64,000 nucleotides of DNA from Methanobacteriota archaeon (GTDB lineage Archaea; Thermoplasmatota; Thermoplasmata; SG8-5; DAIRED01): NCBI GenBank assembly GCA_043799545.1, contig JAZDNO010000006.1:64001-128000 (forward strand), in the 5' to 3' direction. The position numbers were made by a program, and so were the translations under genes. Below are positions 17,084-26,474 of the stretch, one piece after another (position 1 is the first letter of the stretch; every line of letters starts with the position of its first letter). A model generated the notes under the pieces. It had not been told where the DNA came from. It was given only the letters and a program-made list of their open reading frames with translations, and did no database searches.

Positions 17084-18375
17084 GCGAAAAGAACGTCCGC
17101 GTTGAGCATCTGACAAGGGTGGAGGGGCATGGCAACATCATCCTCAACTCCAAGAACGGCAAGTTGGAGAAGGTGGTCTGGGAGGTCTCGGAGGCTCCGA
17201 GGCTTTTCGAGGCCTTCGTGAGGGGGAAGCCCTATAGCCAGCTCGCGCAAATCACATCGAGGATATGCGGGATATGCTCCATCGGTCACACGATGGCATC
17301 TCTGAAGGCGACGGAGGCGGCGATGGGGATTGAAATATCCGAGCAGAGCGAGAAGCTCAGGCGGCTCGCGATGCACGGGGAGAACCTCCAGAGCCACGTT
17401 CTTCACGTGGGATACCTCGTCGCTCCAGACCTGTTCGGCGTGGGCAGCGTCGTTCCGCTAGTCGGAACCCACACCGACACCGTCCTGGCGATAATCAAAC
17501 TGCACAAGACGGCGAACGAGTTCTCGGACATGATATGCGGCCGGACGACGCACCCGACCAACCTGGTTCCAGGCGGGCTGTGGAAAACGCCCTCGCCACT
17601 GAAGCTTAGGAGCATGAGGCAGAAGCTCCTGGAGATGGTGCCTACGGCGAATGCTGTCGCCGAGGTGGTGCTGGCAAATGCGGGAGCCCTGCCGAATTTC
17701 ACGAGGGAGACGGAATTCATCGGCTTGGTGTCCAAGGACGAGTACGCGCTCTACGACGGCGACGTCGGCTCGACGGACGGCGGAACCTTCCCCGTGTCGT
17801 CGTACAGGACGATAGTCAACGAGTTCGTAGTACCCCAGTCCACCGCGAAGTACACGAAGCACAAGCGCGACTCTTTCATGGTCGGAGCCCTGGCCAGGTA
17901 CAACCTCAACTCCAAGAAGTTGTCTCCGATGGCGAAGGATTGGGCGGACAGGTTCGGCCTCAAACCGGTATGCCACAACCCGTTCATGAACAACGTGGCC
18001 CAGCTGGTCGAGGTGTTCAATTCCGTCGAGGATTCGATCGCGATAATCGACAGCCTGCTCGGCAAGTACGCCGACGAGCCCAGGCCAAAGATTAAACCGA
18101 AGGCCGGGAGCGGCGTTGGGGCGGTGGAGGTTCCGCGCGGTATACTCTTCCACGACTACACGTACGATGCCAACGGCCTGTGCACCAAGGCGAACTGCGT
18201 CATACCGACGAACCAGAACCACAACAACATCCAAAAGGACATGGAGGCGTTCGCGCCCACGCTCCTCGACAGGCCGGAAAAGGAGATCGAGCTAAACCTC
18301 GAGATGCTCGTGCGCGCCTACGACCCGTGCATCTCCTGCTCGACGCATTATTTAAAGGTCAAATTCGTGCGTTGA
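17080..18375 (+). CDS. [NiFe]-hydrogenase large subunit, group 3b-like (copy 1, hybrid operon)
   Basis: RVEGHG, L1 RICGICSIGH, EVPRG and L2 DPCISCSTH plus C-terminal extension. Confidence 0.95.
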   Translation: MSEKNVRVEHLTRVEGHGNIILNSKNGKLEKVVWEVSEAPRLFEAFVRGKPYSQLAQITSRICGICSIGHTMASLKATEAAMGIEISEQSEKLRRLAMHGENLQSHVLHVGYLVAPDLFGVGSVVPLVGTHTDTVLAIIKLHKTANEFSDMICGRTTHPTNLVPGGLWKTPSPLKLRSMRQKLLEMVPTANAVAEVVLANAGALPNFTRETEFIGLVSKDEYALYDGDVGSTDGGTFPVSSYRTIVNEFVVPQSTAKYTKHKRDSFMVGALARYNLNSKKLSPMAKDWADRFGLKPVCHNPFMNNVAQLVEVFNSVEDSIAIIDSLLGKYADEPRPKIKPKAGSGVGAVEVPRGILFHDYTYDANGLCTKANCVIPTNQNHNNIQKDMEAFAPTLLDRPEKEIELNLEMLVRAYDPCISCSTHYLKVKFVR

Positions 18376-18478
18376 GCCGGCAAGCAACGGCCACGGAATC
18401 CTTGGACCGCCTTGCGTTATGGTGCATATTCAATGGTCGGTGTGGCAGGGGAAGCTATCGGAGGCGCCACAGTCGAAA

Positions 18479-18530
18479 TGTAGCAATTCTTTTATAAGAT
18501 GAAGCGTTTGGTCTTTTTCAATTTGCTACA
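18479..18530 (+). promoter_or_regulatory. TATA box bracketed by an 8-bp inverted repeat, upstream of the second hydrogenase operon
   Basis: TGTAGCAA (18479-18486) ... TTTTATAA (18490-18497) ... TTGCTACA (18523-18530). Confidence 0.55.
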
Positions 18531-18592
18531 CCCGCCTGTGACGAATATGCGCGCGGGTCGGGCATCCCGCAGATCGTTTGGAGGTGTAGTGT

Positions 18593-20521
18593 TTGAAGAT
18601 AATACAAAAGGATGATTTCAAAGGGTTTGTGAACGCGCTGATAAAGGACAGCGGCATGGACGTTGAAGGCGTGAAGGCGAAGGGCCCGAAGTTCGCCTTC
18701 GGGCCGCTGGACAGCGCCGACGAGCTCAGGCTCGATTACGACGTCACGCTCCTGCCCCCGAAAAAGTATTTCCTGCCTCAGTACGAACAGTTGATGACCT
18801 TCGATTTGTCGAGCCCGTTCTCTGTCACCAGAGCCGAATACCCGCGCCGCAAGCTCATCATCGGCGTTCATCCCTACGATATTGTCGCGATTAGGCAGAT
18901 GGATAGCTATTTCCTCGACACGGATGTATCGGCCAGCTACCTCAGGAGGAAGAAGAACATACTCATCATCGGCTGCGATGTCATGCGCGTGCAGGACAAG
19001 GCCTTCTTCGGCTCGATGGGCACGGGGATGGTGCATTCTGGATACGACCTCTTCCTGACCGACCTGGGCGAGAAGGTGGCCATCGAGGTCGGAACTGAAG
19101 CGGGAAGCGACCTGCTCAGGTTCGCGACGAATGTGAGGGAGGCCACCCCGGTCGAGGTCCAGAAGGTCAAGGCGATGAGGGAGGCCACCGCGCTGAAGGC
19201 GACGCGCGGCCTGATGGTGAAGCCGAATGGCTGGCACGACCTGCTGGAGAAGGACTACGAGAGCGAGGTCTGGAAGAAGCAATCCGACAAATGCCTGGCT
19301 TGCGGCACGTGCACGCTGGTCTGCCCGACGTGCTTCTGCTACGACGTCAAGGACGACATACACCTGACTTTAAAGACAGGCGAACGGTCTAGGACGTGGG
19401 ACGGTTGCTTGCTCCGCCGGTTCACCGAGATAGGGTCCGGGGAGATATTCAGGGACGACATCCTCGACAGGTACAGGCACAGGATTCACAGGAAGGGTCG
19501 GTACCTCCCCGACCGATTGGGGTTCGTAGCCTGCGTGGGATGCGGTCGCTGCTCGAGCCAGTGCGTCCCGGACATTGCAGACCCGGTCAACCTAATTAAC
19601 ATGCTGTTCGAGGCGTCGCCGCACCTGGTAACCGATTCGCTTTCCGACCCGCACACCGTGAAGACAGACTTCACGAATCTCCCCGAGGGCGACACGGCCA
19701 AGATGCTCCACATGCCTGTGCCGGCAACCATCAATAGGGTTGAGAAGCTCACGGCGAAGGAGACTCTGTTCGAGATATCTCTCGACGACGGGAAGGCGCT
19801 CGGTCACGTGCCCGGCCAGTTCGTCGAGGTCTCAATCGCCGGCATGGGAGAATCCCCGATATCCGTTTCGTCAGCGCCGGGAACCAAGACCTTCGAGCTG
19901 GTAGTCAGGAAGGTCGGAGACGTCACGAGCAAGCTCCACACCATGAAGGCGGGAGATAAAATAGGAATCCGCGGGCCGTTCGGAAAGGGCTTCGACACCG
20001 AGGGTTTGAAGGGGAAGAACCTGCTCTTCATCGGGGCTGGCCTGGGCATGGTCCCGATGCGCTCCTTCATCAACCACGTGCTCAACAACCGCAAGGACTA
20101 CGGCGAGGTGACGATACTCTATGGATGCAAGGAACCGTGCGAGATGCTCTTCGCCAAGGAAATAGGGTCATGGGGGAAGCGCGATGACATACAGCACAAG
20201 AGGGCTGTCGACAAGTGCCCCGAAGGAGCGTGCTGGGACGGCGAGATAGGCGTCATAACGACGTTGCTGCCGAAGGTCAAATTCGATCCCAAGACGACGG
20301 TCGCCATCGTCGTCGGACCTCCGATCGTCTACAAATTCGTGAACAGGGACCTGCTCAAGCTCGGTGTGCCTGAGGAGAACATCGTCGTCTCCCTCGAAAG
20401 GCGCATGAAGTGCGGCGTCGGCAAGTGCGGGCACTGCCAGATGAACGGCATCTACGTATGCAAGGAAGGGCCAGTGTTCAATCTAAAGGACCTTAAGGGC
20501 GTGCAGGAGGCGTTCGAATGA
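18593..20521 (+). CDS. Group 3b (sulfhydrogenase-type) beta+gamma fusion: [4Fe-4S] subunit fused to FAD/NAD(P) subunit
   Basis: TTG start after GGAGGTG; CLACGTCTLVCPTCFC and CVGCGRC, then PGQF, GPFGKGF, GAGLG and ERRMKCGVGKCGHC. Confidence 0.92.
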   Translation: MKIIQKDDFKGFVNALIKDSGMDVEGVKAKGPKFAFGPLDSADELRLDYDVTLLPPKKYFLPQYEQLMTFDLSSPFSVTRAEYPRRKLIIGVHPYDIVAIRQMDSYFLDTDVSASYLRRKKNILIIGCDVMRVQDKAFFGSMGTGMVHSGYDLFLTDLGEKVAIEVGTEAGSDLLRFATNVREATPVEVQKVKAMREATALKATRGLMVKPNGWHDLLEKDYESEVWKKQSDKCLACGTCTLVCPTCFCYDVKDDIHLTLKTGERSRTWDGCLLRRFTEIGSGEIFRDDILDRYRHRIHRKGRYLPDRLGFVACVGCGRCSSQCVPDIADPVNLINMLFEASPHLVTDSLSDPHTVKTDFTNLPEGDTAKMLHMPVPATINRVEKLTAKETLFEISLDDGKALGHVPGQFVEVSIAGMGESPISVSSAPGTKTFELVVRKVGDVTSKLHTMKAGDKIGIRGPFGKGFDTEGLKGKNLLFIGAGLGMVPMRSFINHVLNNRKDYGEVTILYGCKEPCEMLFAKEIGSWGKRDDIQHKRAVDKCPEGACWDGEIGVITTLLPKVKFDPKTTVAIVVGPPIVYKFVNRDLLKLGVPEENIVVSLERRMKCGVGKCGHCQMNGIYVCKEGPVFNLKDLKGVQEAFE

Positions 20522-21294
20522 CCAAACCGCGAGTTGCGTTCTTCGACTTCTCGAGCTGCGAGGGCTGCCAGCTCCAGGTCGTCAACCTGGAGGAGGCCAT
20601 ACTGGATGTCGTCGGGCTCGTCGACATAGTCGAATTCAGGGAGGCCATGAAAGAATCCTCGACAGAATACGACATTGCAATTATCGAGGGGTCCATCGCA
20701 CGGCCGATGGACGTCGAGAGGATAAAGAAGATTAGGGAGAGGGCAAAGGTGCTAATCGCACTCGGGGCATGCGCCCACCTCGGCGGAGTACAGAGGATGG
20801 GCAACAAATGGACCGCTGAGGAGAACAAGGCAGAAGTCTATGCGAGACACCCCGGCTCCGAGGTGACAAAGGGCGATGCCAACCCCTATTTCGACCAGCC
20901 CAGGCACAGGGCCGTGGACGAGATTGTCAAAGTGGACTACACGATTCCGGGATGCCCCATAGACTCGAACGAGTTTGCGAAGGTTCTGATTGCTCTCCTG
21001 ACGGGCAAGAAGCCGCCTATTCCAGACTACCCAGTTTGCGTGGAGTGCAAGAAGAACGAGAACATCTGCCTCTTCACCATCGGGCAGTTCTGCATGGGGC
21101 CGATAGCTAGGGCCGGATGCGGCGCGATATGCCCGACCCACGGCGGCGAGTGCGAGGCGTGCCGAGGGTACGTGGACCACCCGCACACGCAAGCCCAGAC
21201 GGAAGTGCTAAAGAAGCACGGGCTGACGGTGGACGAAATCATGAACAGGAAGACAATGTACACTCACCGCTACGTCGAGGAGGGGAAACAATGA
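20518..21294 (+). CDS. Group 3b [NiFe]-hydrogenase small (delta) subunit, intact
   Basis: SSCEGC, EGS, GACA, PGCP, PVCVEC and CMGPIARAGCGAICP..CEAC. Confidence 0.94.
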   Translation: MTKPRVAFFDFSSCEGCQLQVVNLEEAILDVVGLVDIVEFREAMKESSTEYDIAIIEGSIARPMDVERIKKIRERAKVLIALGACAHLGGVQRMGNKWTAEENKAEVYARHPGSEVTKGDANPYFDQPRHRAVDEIVKVDYTIPGCPIDSNEFAKVLIALLTGKKPPIPDYPVCVECKKNENICLFTIGQFCMGPIARAGCGAICPTHGGECEACRGYVDHPHTQAQTEVLKKHGLTVDEIMNRKTMYTHRYVEEGKQ

Positions 21295-22589
21295 GCAACG
21301 TCAACATCAACGTCGAGCACCTGACAAGGGTCGAGGGCCACGGCAACATTGTGCTGAACGCGAAGGACGGCAAAATCGAGAAGGTGCAGTGGCAGGTTTC
21401 CGAGGCCCCGCGCTTCTTCGAATCGTTCGTCAGGGGGAGGCCATACAACGAGCTCAGCCACATCACCTCTAGGATTTGCGGCATCTGCTCCATCGGGCAT
21501 TCGCTCGCCTCCCTAAAGGCCACAGAAGCCGCAATGGGCATCCATACTTCGGAGCAGACCGAGATTCTCAGGCGGCTCGCGATACACGCGGAGAACATTC
21601 AGAGCCACGTTCTTCATGTGGGCTACCTGGTCGCTCCCGACTTGCTGGGGGCGCCGAGTGTGATTCCTCTTGCGGGCACGCACACTGGCGCAGTTCTGAA
21701 AATCGTCGGGTTGCACCGCTTGGCTAACGAGTACTCCAACATGATTTGCGGAAGGACAGTCCACCCGATCAGCCTCATCCCGGGCGGCTTCAGTCACATC
21801 CCTTCCGAGAAGCAGCTTAAGGGACTGAGGAAGAAGATTGCAGATGCGGTTCCTGATGTCGTCGCAGTCGCGGAGATAGTTCTGGCAAACGCGCACAAGC
21901 TACCGAACTTCTCTCGCGAAACGGAGTTCATAGCCCTCACGGCAGACGACGAATATGCCATCTACGACGGGGACATGGGCTCGACGGACGGCGGTCGCTG
22001 GCCGGTCGACAAATACCTTGAAATTACCAACGAATTCGTGGTCCCGCATTCGACGGCAAAGTTCACTAGGCACAAGCGCGAATCGTACATGGTCGGGGCG
22101 CTCGCACGCTTCAACCTCAACTACGACAAGCTGACCCCGGGGGCAAAGGAATGGGCCGGGAAATTCGGCCTGAAGCCAGTCAACCACAACCCGTTCATGA
22201 ACAGCGTCGCGCAGCTCGTGGAAACCGTGCACAGCTTCGAGGACTCGATAGCGCAAATCGACAAACTCATCGGGATGGGAATCGACGTCAACGAGAGGCC
22301 GAAGTTCGCAGTCAAGGCCGGTCATGGCGTGGGTGCGGTGGACGTGCCGAGGGGAATCCTCTTCCATGATTACACATACAACGACAAGGGCATTTGCACT
22401 AAAGCCAACTGCATCATCCCCACCAACCAGAACCACAACAACATAAACCAGGACTTCAAAGCGTTCGCGCCGACGATAATCGACAAGCCAGAGAAGGAAA
22501 TCGAGCTTCTGATGGAAATGCTGGTTCGCGCGTACGACCCGTGCATCTCCTGCTCGACGCACTACCTTGACGTGAAATTCGTGCGTTGA
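21291..22589 (+). CDS. [NiFe]-hydrogenase large (alpha) subunit, group 3b (copy 2)
   Basis: RVEGHG, RICGICSIGH, DVPRG and DPCISCSTHYLDVKFVR. Confidence 0.95.
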   Translation: MSNVNINVEHLTRVEGHGNIVLNAKDGKIEKVQWQVSEAPRFFESFVRGRPYNELSHITSRICGICSIGHSLASLKATEAAMGIHTSEQTEILRRLAIHAENIQSHVLHVGYLVAPDLLGAPSVIPLAGTHTGAVLKIVGLHRLANEYSNMICGRTVHPISLIPGGFSHIPSEKQLKGLRKKIADAVPDVVAVAEIVLANAHKLPNFSRETEFIALTADDEYAIYDGDMGSTDGGRWPVDKYLEITNEFVVPHSTAKFTRHKRESYMVGALARFNLNYDKLTPGAKEWAGKFGLKPVNHNPFMNSVAQLVETVHSFEDSIAQIDKLIGMGIDVNERPKFAVKAGHGVGAVDVPRGILFHDYTYNDKGICTKANCIIPTNQNHNNINQDFKAFAPTIIDKPEKEIELLMEMLVRAYDPCISCSTHYLDVKFVR

Positions 22590-22710
22590 TTGGATGTATC
22601 GCATTTCGAGAAAGCCGAAGCAGGAACCCAGGAGCGTCGGCCAGGGCACTAATAAACGTCGACAGGTTAAGGAAAGCCCGGGATTGCGACAATCGGTCAT
22701 CCGTGGCAAG

Positions 22711-23181
22711 ATGCCAAAAGCCGCCGTCATAGGAATAGGCAACCCCCTGATGTGCGACGACGGTGCGGGAATCGAGGTTCTGGACGCCCTTCGGAAGATG
22801 ACCTTGCCCGCAGGCGTGGACATACTGGACTGCGGGACCGGAGGGATGGCTCTCTTGCATGCGCTGGCGGATTATCGCGCCGTCGCAATCGTGGACGCGG
22901 TCGATTTCGGGGGCAGGCCTGGAGAAGTGAAATCTTTCTCCCCGGACGATGCCGTCTCCATAAAGGAGCTCAAGCGCCTGTCGCTCCACGAAGGGGACGC
23001 CTTCGAGACAATCGTTCTGGCAAGAAGGCTGGGCCAGTGCCCAGAGAATATAGTCATCTGCGCAATCCAGCCCAAGCGGATCGAGCCCAGGCACGGGATG
23101 ACCCGCGACGTGCGCTCGAAGCTGCCAGAACTCGCCTCTCAGGCGCGCCTGGCTCTCGAGCGGCTTTTAGCCAGCCGTTGA
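22711..23181 (+). CDS. Hydrogenase maturation endopeptidase
   Basis: GIGNPLMCDDGAG, DCGTGG, IVDAV and SLHE motifs. Confidence 0.92.
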   Translation: MPKAAVIGIGNPLMCDDGAGIEVLDALRKMTLPAGVDILDCGTGGMALLHALADYRAVAIVDAVDFGGRPGEVKSFSPDDAVSIKELKRLSLHEGDAFETIVLARRLGQCPENIVICAIQPKRIEPRHGMTRDVRSKLPELASQARLALERLLASR

Positions 23182-23864
23182 GCCTTCTTCTCAAGCATCG
23201 CCCGCACTTTCTCCCCTTCGAGCTCCCGTAGCGCGTCGCGGGCTATCCACCGGCTCGATTTGGCGTCGATGGCTAGGATCCTTTTCGCCGCCGCTATCGC
23301 CGCCTTGTTCAGGGCCAGGTTTCTTTTCCCTATCCCCCTCAGCGCCCAGTTGACGGCCTTTTTCACGTAATTTCTCTCGTCCGAGGACGCCCTTTCGATG
23401 AGCGGAAGCAAGGAGGCAAACTTCGAGTCCGGCGCATTTTTATCTAGAATCGCAAGGGACGCGATGAGACTGAATGCGGCCCTTCTCTCGAACTCCATCT
23501 CGCTCTCGCTCCACTCTGTCGCCTTCCGGTATGCGAACGGAGTGTACCTCATCAACCACATGCAGAAGGCATCGCACACGTCCCAAGAATCGATTCCCCC
23601 GACCATAATCTCCGCCTGCTCCTCGGTCATCTTCTCAGGTTCGCCGACCAGCGTTGCCAGCAGCCTCGCGTCGTGGATTCCCGAATCCCACAGGAGCATG
23701 GCCAGCTCGTGGTCCTTACCGATTTCCGAGGACATTTTCCGCAGCGAGGAGATTGAGTTGCCGTAATTGTTTTTCGGATTGATTCCATATCTGGCCATCC
23801 CCTCTACGTTGCGGGGGTTGGCGCTCGCGCGCAGCTCGTTCAATATTGCCTTCAATTCAACCAC
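23139..23864 (-). CDS. AlkD-like DNA alkylation repair protein (HEAT repeats)
   Basis: LWDSG..DARLLA, SWDVCD, DERNYVKKAVNWALR.IGKRN and WIARDALREL. Confidence 0.88.
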   Translation of the reverse strand: MVELKAILNELRASANPRNVEGMARYGINPKNNYGNSISSLRKMSSEIGKDHELAMLLWDSGIHDARLLATLVGEPEKMTEEQAEIMVGGIDSWDVCDAFCMWLMRYTPFAYRKATEWSESEMEFERRAAFSLIASLAILDKNAPDSKFASLLPLIERASSDERNYVKKAVNWALRGIGKRNLALNKAAIAAAKRILAIDAKSSRWIARDALRELEGEKVRAMLEKKAQRLAKSRSRARRA

Positions 23865-23868
23865 GTCG

Positions 23869-24756
23869 TCACCCCTTCGCCGGCTTTGCTTGTCCGAGTC
23901 CGGAGGCTAGCAGTATGCCAACAAAGACCAGCGGGGCGCCGAACATCGTCCACTCCGTTGGAGCCTCGCTGAGTATCAGCCAGGCCATAATGCTTGAAAG
24001 GATGGGCTCGCCCAGCAGGCTCGTCGACACGATGAAAGCCGAAACGCGTCCGAGGGCGTAGTTGTACATCGTGTGCCCCAGCACGCCGGCGACCGCAGCC
24101 ATCGCAAGGAGTATGTACCAGTCGTTCCCCGATGTTGGGGCGAACCCCGATTCTAGAAACGCCAGCGGAGCCAGAAACGCCGTGGCGAAACCGTAGACGA
24201 TAAGGCAGTAGGCGCCCGTGTTGAGCCGCTTTCTCTGAAGCCGCCCCCCGACGATGTAGGTTCCTGCGGCCAGAGCCCCGCCGATGGCGAGCAGGTCTCC
24301 GGCGAGCCCATCGCCCGACAGGTCACCCGCGAACATTATCGCCACGCCTACGAAGGCCACGAATGCGCCGATTAGCGCGCTCTTCTTCGGGCTCTCACCG
24401 AGGAATGCGAACGAAATCGCCGCCACGAAAATCGGGTGCGTGGTGACGAGCACGGTGCTGTTGGCCACCGAGGTCATTCCCAGCGATGTGACCCACAGCG
24501 AGAAATGCACGGCAAGGACAAGGCCTATGCCCGCAAGCTTCGCCCACTCCCCCTTGCTCAGCCCCGCGAAGCAACCCCCGTCCTTCGCCAGGGCCCAAGG
24601 CGCGACCATCAGCGTCGTGAAAAGCAGCCTGTAAAATGCCACGGTCAATGGACCGGACTCGCACATTCTTATCATCACCGCGGCTGTCGAAACAGATATG
24701 ATGGCAGCGACGACGGCGACCTTCGACCGCCCGTCCTCGTCCGCTGGAATTATCAT
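23869..24756 (-). CDS. EamA/DMT-family transporter
   Basis: About 10 TM segments, AFYRL, HFSLW..SL..TSVA and LGEP motifs; GAGGTG before ATG 24756. Confidence 0.9.
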   Translation of the reverse strand: MIIPADEDGRSKVAVVAAIISVSTAAVMIRMCESGPLTVAFYRLLFTTLMVAPWALAKDGGCFAGLSKGEWAKLAGIGLVLAVHFSLWVTSLGMTSVANSTVLVTTHPIFVAAISFAFLGESPKKSALIGAFVAFVGVAIMFAGDLSGDGLAGDLLAIGGALAAGTYIVGGRLQRKRLNTGAYCLIVYGFATAFLAPLAFLESGFAPTSGNDWYILLAMAAVAGVLGHTMYNYALGRVSAFIVSTSLLGEPILSSIMAWLILSEAPTEWTMFGAPLVFVGILLASGLGQAKPAKG

Positions 24757-24767
24757 CAAGTGCCACC

Positions 24768-25145
24768 TCAGCCGTATCCGTCCATGCCCCAGGCGAGCGG
24801 AGTTGCCTTGGCCGCGCATTCTCCGCCGTGGCGGGCGAAATCCCTCACCTGGTTTCTGAGAATCGTCTCATGGACGGCGCCCACGATGTCCCCTACCCTG
24901 TTCCCTTTGCATAGGAAGACGAAGCTCGGAACGCCCATGACGCCGAAACGCCGCGCGAGAGCCTGATTCGCCTGCGCGTTGACGCGGACAAAGTTGGCGT
25001 ACCCGGAAAGCTCGCGCGAAAGCCCCTCGTAGACGGTAGCGTTGGCGGCGCAGTTGACACACGTGTGGGTGTAGAACTCGACCACGACCATCTTCGGGCC
25101 GCTCATGGTAGCATCGAAGTTCGATTCGTCGAGCTCTTCAATCAT
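24768..25145 (-). CDS. Thioredoxin-family protein (CVNC)
   Basis: VVEFYTHTCVNC and FGVMGVPSF. Confidence 0.85.
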   Translation of the reverse strand: MIEELDESNFDATMSGPKMVVVEFYTHTCVNCAANATVYEGLSRELSGYANFVRVNAQANQALARRFGVMGVPSFVFLCKGNRVGDIVGAVHETILRNQVRDFARHGGECAAKATPLAWGMDGYG

Positions 25146-25158
25146 CGCGCACCGTAGC

Positions 25159-26400
25159 CTAGCGCTGCTGTGGAAGGTATGGCAGGAGCTGCTCGGCGAA
25201 AGCGGGCAGGTGCCTGGTCTGCATCAATATCCTGCCTGGCCCCACGAAGTCCGTCACGAGCCCCTCGCCGCTGAGAATAGTCGACTTCCAGTTGCCTATC
25301 CTACGGACGCTGAACTGCATCGTGTCCGGGAAGGCGACTATGTGCCCCGTGTCCACGGCCAGGACCTCGCCCGGCTTCAAGTCCTTCTCTATTATGGCCC
25401 CGAAGGATGAAACCCAGAGCGTCCCGGGTCCCAAAGCGTGGAGCATTATGAAGTCCCTGTCCGTCAGGAACCCTTTCAGCCCCTGCCATTTCGTGTCCAG
25501 GTTGACCTGGGGGTCGGACGCGAGGTATGCGCCGCTCTGGAGTATCATCCCCTGGTGCAGCTCTATCGGCTTTATGTCGCCCATGACCGGTCCGACGAAC
25601 GCGATGTCTCCAAGCCCGCGAGCGGCGGTGAAAGTGTTCACGAAGAATGACTCCCCGCCGAAAGCGGAAGTGGCCAGGCCCTTGAGGATGCCGCCCTTCC
25701 GGCCGTGTGTGTCTATGTCGATTGTGTTGTGCATGTACATCATCGCCCCGGCCTCGGCAGTCACCTGCTGGCCGGGCTTGAGATGGAAGACAATCATCGA
25801 GAACGACGGGGCCTGGGAAATCTCGTTTTCGAGTCTCTGCTGCGGTTGGAATGCCGGCTGGTACGGTTGATGGCCGCCTTGAGGTGCCGCATACTGGCTT
25901 TGGGGCTGTTGCGGAGCGTAAGGCGGTTGGACCGCATGCTGGGGCTGGGGGTGGACCGGTGGCAGGGGCTGCGGCGAGGCGGGCTGACGGTGGACCGGTT
26001 GCTGCTGCGGAGCCGACGGCGATGCCTGGTATGCCCCTTGCTGCTGGTATGTCGGTTGCTGGCCGTAGGGCTGCTGAGGTGTGTTTGTAGGAGGAGGCGC
26101 CATTTGCGGATGCTGAGCTGGCTGAGGCGGATATTGATGGGCGGCGTGTGGGTTTTGCAGCGGTTGCTGCGCGACCGGTTGCCGGTACTGCTGGGCCGCC
26201 GGTTGCTGCTGCGCTTGATACACTTGCTGAGGTTGATATGGGGGCTGTGGCGGCGCTGTTAGTGGCTTGTACTGCTGGGCGGGGGGTTGCTGCTGCGCCT
26301 GGGCAGTCGGTTGCTGGTATTGGTTGCATCTGTTGCAGTACCATTGCGAGTACTGCTGGACGAAATTCATCTGGCCACCGCACTTCGGACAGGAGCTCAA
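25159..26400 (-). CDS. TIGR00266/AIM24-family protein with N-terminal Zn ribbon and Pro/Gln-rich linker
   Basis: TTG start at 26400 follows GGAGGTG (alternative GTG 26418); CPKC..CNRC; PQ-rich region; AEAGAM, GGESFF, VDTGHIVAF and SGEGL. Confidence 0.85.
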   Translation of the reverse strand: MSSCPKCGGQMNFVQQYSQWYCNRCNQYQQPTAQAQQQPPAQQYKPLTAPPQPPYQPQQVYQAQQQPAAQQYRQPVAQQPLQNPHAAHQYPPQPAQHPQMAPPPTNTPQQPYGQQPTYQQQGAYQASPSAPQQQPVHRQPASPQPLPPVHPQPQHAVQPPYAPQQPQSQYAAPQGGHQPYQPAFQPQQRLENEISQAPSFSMIVFHLKPGQQVTAEAGAMMYMHNTIDIDTHGRKGGILKGLATSAFGGESFFVNTFTAARGLGDIAFVGPVMGDIKPIELHQGMILQSGAYLASDPQVNLDTKWQGLKGFLTDRDFIMLHALGPGTLWVSSFGAIIEKDLKPGEVLAVDTGHIVAFPDTMQFSVRRIGNWKSTILSGEGLVTDFVGPGRILMQTRHLPAFAEQLLPYLPQQR

Positions 26401-26474
26401 GGGAACACCTCCCGTCACAATCGCCCATTACGGATAAGTATCTTTCTGATGAGCCCGCCCGCGTGAACCGTTGG

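Noticed and set aside
17080-22589. Selenocysteine ([NiFeSe]) or recoded stops in the hydrogenases
   Set aside because: Both L2 motifs read DPCISC with Cys codons, and no in-frame TGA interrupts the genes
25301-26428. 375-aa Ala/Thr/Pro-rich alternative-frame ORF
   Set aside because: Frame-shifted reading of the CAG/CCG-rich linker of the AIM24 gene, which has the RBS and the recognisable domains
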